DNA of 61,933 bases, counting the filler. It is 3 parts of 3 records of this genome, joined end to end, with 100 filler letters (N's around TTAATTAATTAA, not from the genome) between each part and the next. Parts side by side here need not be neighbours in the genome. Positions count along the whole stretch, not along the records: positions 33,327 to 61,933 come from SRR20825010_1568; 2 more parts are not named here. One strand, 5' to 3'. Below the pieces are notes generated by a model that was not told where the DNA came from, searched no databases, and saw nothing but the letters and a program-made list of their open reading frames with translations. Positions 58,326 to 61,933 of this stretch are shown piece after piece. The first letter of the stretch is position 1. The number at the start of each line of letters is the position of its first letter. Both the position numbers and the translations under genes were made by a program.

Positions 58326-58867
58326 CGGGTGATGGCATGAGCCGAACCTCGCCTTCAAATATTATCGTCAAAAACATTGATCTGTCTGGCGCGGAGGGCG
58401 CAGCGCTTTGTGCCACCATCCACAAAGAGGCTTTCAGCCCGCTGGATGAAGAAGGCTGGAGTGCGCAGGCGATTGAAGACCTGATGGCTTCATCCGGGGT
58501 TCATCTTCTGTTGGCACATATAGAAGGTGACAACACAGAGGATGCGCCTGCGGGTTTTGCGCTTTATCGCATGGTCGCCGGAGAAGCCGAGCTGATTACA
58601 CTGGCGACGCTGCCTGCATTTCAGGGGCAGGGCGTGGCCCGCGCGCTTATGCTGAAAATGCGACTTTGCCTTGAGGACGAGCGCGTAGAAAAACTGTTTC
58701 TGGAGGTAAGGGCTGATAATCTTCGTGCAGTTAAACTGTATTCAGACCTGGGTTTTGAAAAAATTGGCAAAAGATCAAACTACTACAAGACACGAAGTGG
58801 TAATCATGTTGATGCTCTATGTTTGGCTTTGTTTTTGAAAACAGCATGTGATCACAAAGAAATTTAA
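58322..58867 (+). CDS. rimI: RimI-like N-acetyltransferase
   Basis: EAELITLA, QGQGVA, FLEVRADN, LY..LGF..IGKRSNYY; follows tsaB. Confidence 0.85.
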   Translation: MTGDGMSRTSPSNIIVKNIDLSGAEGAALCATIHKEAFSPLDEEGWSAQAIEDLMASSGVHLLLAHIEGDNTEDAPAGFALYRMVAGEAELITLATLPAFQGQGVARALMLKMRLCLEDERVEKLFLEVRADNLRAVKLYSDLGFEKIGKRSNYYKTRSGNHVDALCLALFLKTACDHKEI

Positions 58868-58880
58868 ATAAAAAGCCGGT

Positions 58881-59201
58881 TTAACTATTTACTTCAATTT
58901 TAAGTAGGGTTAACTGTGAAGAACCGTTCGTGGGGGAAGCTTTTGAATGTCCGGCTTTGGGGGGCTCCAATTCTGCTTCAACCGGTGTTACCTCCAAAAC
59001 CTTGTGACCAAGGGATTGGATGGACCGAACAAGGGGTTCGTTTGGTGGTGTATCCTCAAAAAGGATGGTTGTCACATCGCCGGGCAAAAGCTTGTCCAGA
59101 TGGACTTTGGTTTTGACAAAGGCCATGGGGCAAAAGGCGCCGCGCAAGTCCAGGGGTTGTGAGAGATCCGACTTGAGCATGCCGTGGGTTCCTGAGTGCA
59201 A
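58881..59201 (-). CDS. TusA family sulfurtransferase-like protein (start uncertain)
   Basis: LDLRGAFCPMAFVKTK TusA motif. Confidence 0.8.
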   Translation of the reverse strand: MHSGTHGMLKSDLSQPLDLRGAFCPMAFVKTKVHLDKLLPGDVTTILFEDTPPNEPLVRSIQSLGHKVLEVTPVEAELEPPKAGHSKASPTNGSSQLTLLKIEVNS

Positions 59202-59292
59202 ATATTTGTAGAGTATATTTCAGGTTTTCCTTAAAGGGAAAACGTAACAAAAGACAAGTTCCAGTTCAAACCTGGTAGCCGGACTGAGGGAT

Positions 59293-59703
59293 ATGGAGCA
59301 AGACAAACTCGTAAATGAAGAACTGCTGGCGCTGACCGTAGAGATTGTCGCGTCGCATGTATCAAATAATTCTGTTGCCGTAGATGAGTTGCCAAATCTG
59401 ATTCAACAAATATTCGGTACGCTCAAAGGGCTGGGTAGCGATGGGCTAGCCACAGAACAACTTCCTGATCCGGCTGTGCCGATCAAAAAGTCGATTACAC
59501 CTGATTTCCTGATTTGCCTTGAGGATGGCAAGAAGCTGAAAATGCTGAAGCGTCACCTCAAGACCCGTTACGACATGACCCCGGATGATTATCGGGAGCG
59601 CTGGAGTTTGCCGGCTGACTATCCGATGGTGGCGCCAAATTACGCCAAACAGCGTCGGGATCTGGCAAAAAAAATCGGGCTTGGTCGCGGCAAGAAACGC
59701 TGA
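59293..59703 (+). CDS. mucR: MucR/Ros family regulator
   Basis: IVASHVSNN, PAVPIKKS, CLEDGKKLKMLKRHL, YPMVAPNYA. Confidence 0.95.
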   Translation: MEQDKLVNEELLALTVEIVASHVSNNSVAVDELPNLIQQIFGTLKGLGSDGLATEQLPDPAVPIKKSITPDFLICLEDGKKLKMLKRHLKTRYDMTPDDYRERWSLPADYPMVAPNYAKQRRDLAKKIGLGRGKKR

Positions 59704-59838
59704 TTTTTCCCGCCTCTTAAAGATTGCGTCAGGTGCAGAGCCAGAATAAGGCCTACTGCGCCTTGCGCTTGGCTTTTTGCTGTGCCATCTTCCGGACATA
59801 TTCCCGAATTAGTGAGACTTAAGGAGCGCCTAAAGGTC

Positions 59839-60264
59839 ATGAATATGGATCATCCGAATATTGAAGACCTGTGCTTGGAAAAAGGCATGCGGATGACAGA
59901 CCAGCGGCGGGTTATCGCCAAGGTTTTGTCTGAGGCGGACGACCACCCTGATGTGGAAGAGGTTTATCGCCGCTCAACGGCAATCGATTCCGGCATCAGT
60001 ATCGCAACCGTTTATCGCACCGTTCGCCTTTTTGAAGAAGCGGGCATTCTGGAGCGGCATGATTTTCGGGACGGACGCTCACGCTACGAGCCGGTGTCTG
60101 ACGAGCATCATGACCATCTCATCAATGTGGAAACAGGCGAAGTGCTCGAGTTTCACAATGATGAAATAGAAAAGCTGCAAGAAGAGATTGCACGCAAGCT
60201 TGGCTACAAACTGGTGGACCACCGGATGGAGCTATATGGCGTGCCGATAAAAGAAGCGAAATAA
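59839..60264 (+). CDS. fur: Fur family transcriptional regulator
   Basis: MRMTDQRRVI, HPDVEE, SIATVYRT, HHDHLI, HRMELYG; ATG 59839 or 59845. Confidence 0.93.
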   Translation: MNMDHPNIEDLCLEKGMRMTDQRRVIAKVLSEADDHPDVEEVYRRSTAIDSGISIATVYRTVRLFEEAGILERHDFRDGRSRYEPVSDEHHDHLINVETGEVLEFHNDEIEKLQEEIARKLGYKLVDHRMELYGVPIKEAK

Positions 60265-60310
60265 CTGACGCACCGCAGCCTTGGCGGTTGCGGGTTTGCG
60301 GAGCGAAGAC

Positions 60311-61255
60311 ATGGCGGAGGAATACGGCGGGCTTAGATCCAACCTTGGTGGCGACGGCTGGACCATTTTAGGGATAGCACGCATCAGCCTTGTTGTTGCC
60401 ACGTCCATCTTCATTCTGCCCATCCAATTTTTTCTGGTTCGGTTTGCCCGCAAGGCCTGGTGGCCCATGGCGGGCTTCTGGCACCGTACCATGTGCCGTA
60501 TCCTTGGCATTCGTGTGACCATCAGTGGGGCGGAGCTTGGGCATAAAGGCCCGGTTCTTTACGCCTGCAACCATATTTCCTGGCTCGATATCATCGTGCT
60601 TGGCGGGCACCTTGAGAACGCAAGCTTCATTGCAAAATCTGAAGTGGCGGGCTGGGGTTTCATCGGCACGCTCTGTAAGCTGCATAAAACCATATTTGTA
60701 AACCGGGAACGCCGGTCTGAGAGCGCGCGCCAGCGTGATGCCCTGACCGAACGCGTGCAGGAAGGCCATAGCCTCATCCTGTTCCCGGAAGGCACATCAA
60801 CGGACGGCATGCGGGTGGCGCAGTTTAAGTCAGCGCTGTTTTCTGTGGCGGAACGCGCGGACGAAGCCAGCGATCATAATCTGGTGATCCAGCCTGTCAC
60901 ACTTGCCTATACTGAGCTGAACGGCATCCCGCTCGTGCGGTCTCAGAAACCATGGGTGGCTTGGCTTGGCGATGTGGAACTGTTTGGTCATTTGCGCCAG
61001 CTGATGGGCCGCGCCCGTGTTGAGGCCGTGATAGAGTTTCATGCGCCGGTAACGCTGGCGGAAGCCGGGTCTCGCAAGGCGCTGGCGGCTTATTGTGAGG
61101 CGGAAGTGCGGCGCGGGCTTGAACGCGCGCACCGGGCTGAGCTGAAAATGGGCCCGCAACATGCGGCATTGCCTGCACTGGGGCCTGCACTGGGGCCTGC
61201 ACTGGGCAAGGAAGTGATCGAGGCACCGGCCGATCTCACCATCGGCACGGCGTAG
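60311..61255 (+). CDS. Lysophospholipid acyltransferase (PlsC/OlsA-like)
   Basis: NHISWLD (HxxxxD), FIAKSE, FVNR, LFPEGT; fur-acyltransferase-miaB order. Confidence 0.88.
   Translation: MAEEYGGLRSNLGGDGWTILGIARISLVVATSIFILPIQFFLVRFARKAWWPMAGFWHRTMCRILGIRVTISGAELGHKGPVLYACNHISWLDIIVLGGHLENASFIAKSEVAGWGFIGTLCKLHKTIFVNRERRSESARQRDALTERVQEGHSLILFPEGTSTDGMRVAQFKSALFSVAERADEASDHNLVIQPVTLAYTELNGIPLVRSQKPWVAWLGDVELFGHLRQLMGRARVEAVIEFHAPVTLAEAGSRKALAAYCEAEVRRGLERAHRAELKMGPQHAALPALGPALGPALGKEVIEAPADLTIGTA
61171..61206 (+). repeat. 12-bp tandem repeat x3 in acyltransferase tail
   Basis: GCCTGCACTGGG three perfect copies encoding PALG-PALG-PALG. Confidence 0.95.
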
Positions 61256-61426
61256 TCAAGCACCGCCGCGCTGAAAGCTTTGCCACACTGCCCTCTTTGA
61301 CCTCGATTTCTTGACCGGATTGTTGACTCTGGGGGCTTTAATGCTAGTCTCCGGCACCTTTTTCAGAGAATAGCCCCTTTGGGGCCAGTGTGTGAGCCCG
61401 ACGTTACCGAGGCAGGAGCAGGTCGC

Positions 61427-61933
61427 TTGAGTAAAAAAGTCTTCATCAAAACATACGGCTGCCAGATGAATGTCTATGACAGCAAGCGTATGGCCGATGT
61501 TCTCAAACCCCATGGTTATGAGCAGTCAGAGAGCGCGGATGACGCTGATCTCGTGATTCTCAACACCTGCCATATTCGTGAAAAAGCCGCTGAGAAGGTC
61601 TATTCTGAAATTGGACGCCTGAAAGCGCAAAAGGAAGTGCAGGCTCAGGGCGGTAAAAATATGTATATCGCGGTAGCTGGTTGTGTGGCGCAGGCTGAAG
61701 GGCCTGAAATGATGAAGCGCGCGCCCGCGATCGATATGGTGCTGGGCCCGCAAACCTACCACCGACTGCCGGACATGCTGAAATCAGCTGAAGAACAACG
61801 CTCTGGCGGTCGCCGCTCAGCCCGCGTTCTGGATACAGACTTCCCGGTTGACAGCAAATTTGACCACCTGCCGGACGACAGCGACTTTGACGGCCCGGCC
61901 GCATTCCTCACCATTCAGGAAGGCTGTGACAAG
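61427..61933 (+). CDS. miaB: tRNA-2-methylthio-N6-dimethylallyladenosine synthase, 5' part
   Basis: Not in ORF track; from TTG 61427: [38 protein letters not shown], ending [11 protein letters not shown] at the radical SAM motif; AGGAG RBS. Confidence 0.96.
   Translation, partial: MSKKVFIKTYGCQMNVYDSKRMADVLKPHGYEQSESADDADLVILNTCHIREKAAEKVYSEIGRLKAQKEVQAQGGKNMYIAVAGCVAQAEGPEMMKRAPAIDMVLGPQTYHRLPDMLKSAEEQRSGGRRSARVLDTDFPVDSKFDHLPDDSDFDGPAAFLTIQEGCDK

Noticed and set aside
59224-59243. GTTTTCC-N6-GGAAAAC inverted repeat upstream of mucR
   Set aside because: Only 7 bp and low complexity; cannot be distinguished from chance
59293-59703. MucR zinc finger with C/D/H and no fourth His
   Set aside because: Ligand substitution is a known common variant in the Ros/MucR family

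Overview
The window is three unrelated bacterial contigs joined by two artificial 100-bp linkers (N44-TTAATTAATTAA-N44 at 13135-13234 and 33227-33326), so no gene neighbourhood should be read across them. Segment 1 (1-13134, AT-rich, Flavobacteriaceae-like) holds housekeeping genes (uvrA 5' end, ggt, ACP phosphodiesterase, phosphohexomutase, lipid A acyltransferase, rhomboid, SIMPL, TlpA). It ends in a three-gene cluster that may be an undescribed cyclic-nucleotide system: a GAF protein with class III cyclase-like motifs, an HD phosphohydrolase fused to a Pycsar-effector-like membrane domain, and a lipoprotein metallophosphoesterase with its metal ligands substituted. Segment 2 (13235-33226, intermediate GC, Cytophagales-like) holds an alpha-glucan PUL (susC-susD-GH13-GH97), an Na+-pumping oxaloacetate decarboxylase (oadGAB), metK, pdxJ, NAD kinase and others. 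Segment 3 (33327-61933, GC-rich alphaproteobacterium) holds a purine-catabolism operon with malate synthase inside it, regBA/senC, PBP1A, nfuA plus a truncated paralogue, tsaB-rimI, mucR-fur-acyltransferase-miaB. It also carries a c-di-GMP receptor/protease module: an apparently inactive membrane HD-GYP, a LapG-like protease and a degenerate EAL protein. No rRNA, tRNA, CRISPR array or mobile element was recognised. All calls come from reading motifs by eye; no database searches were run, and the taxonomic labels are impressions from composition and gene content.
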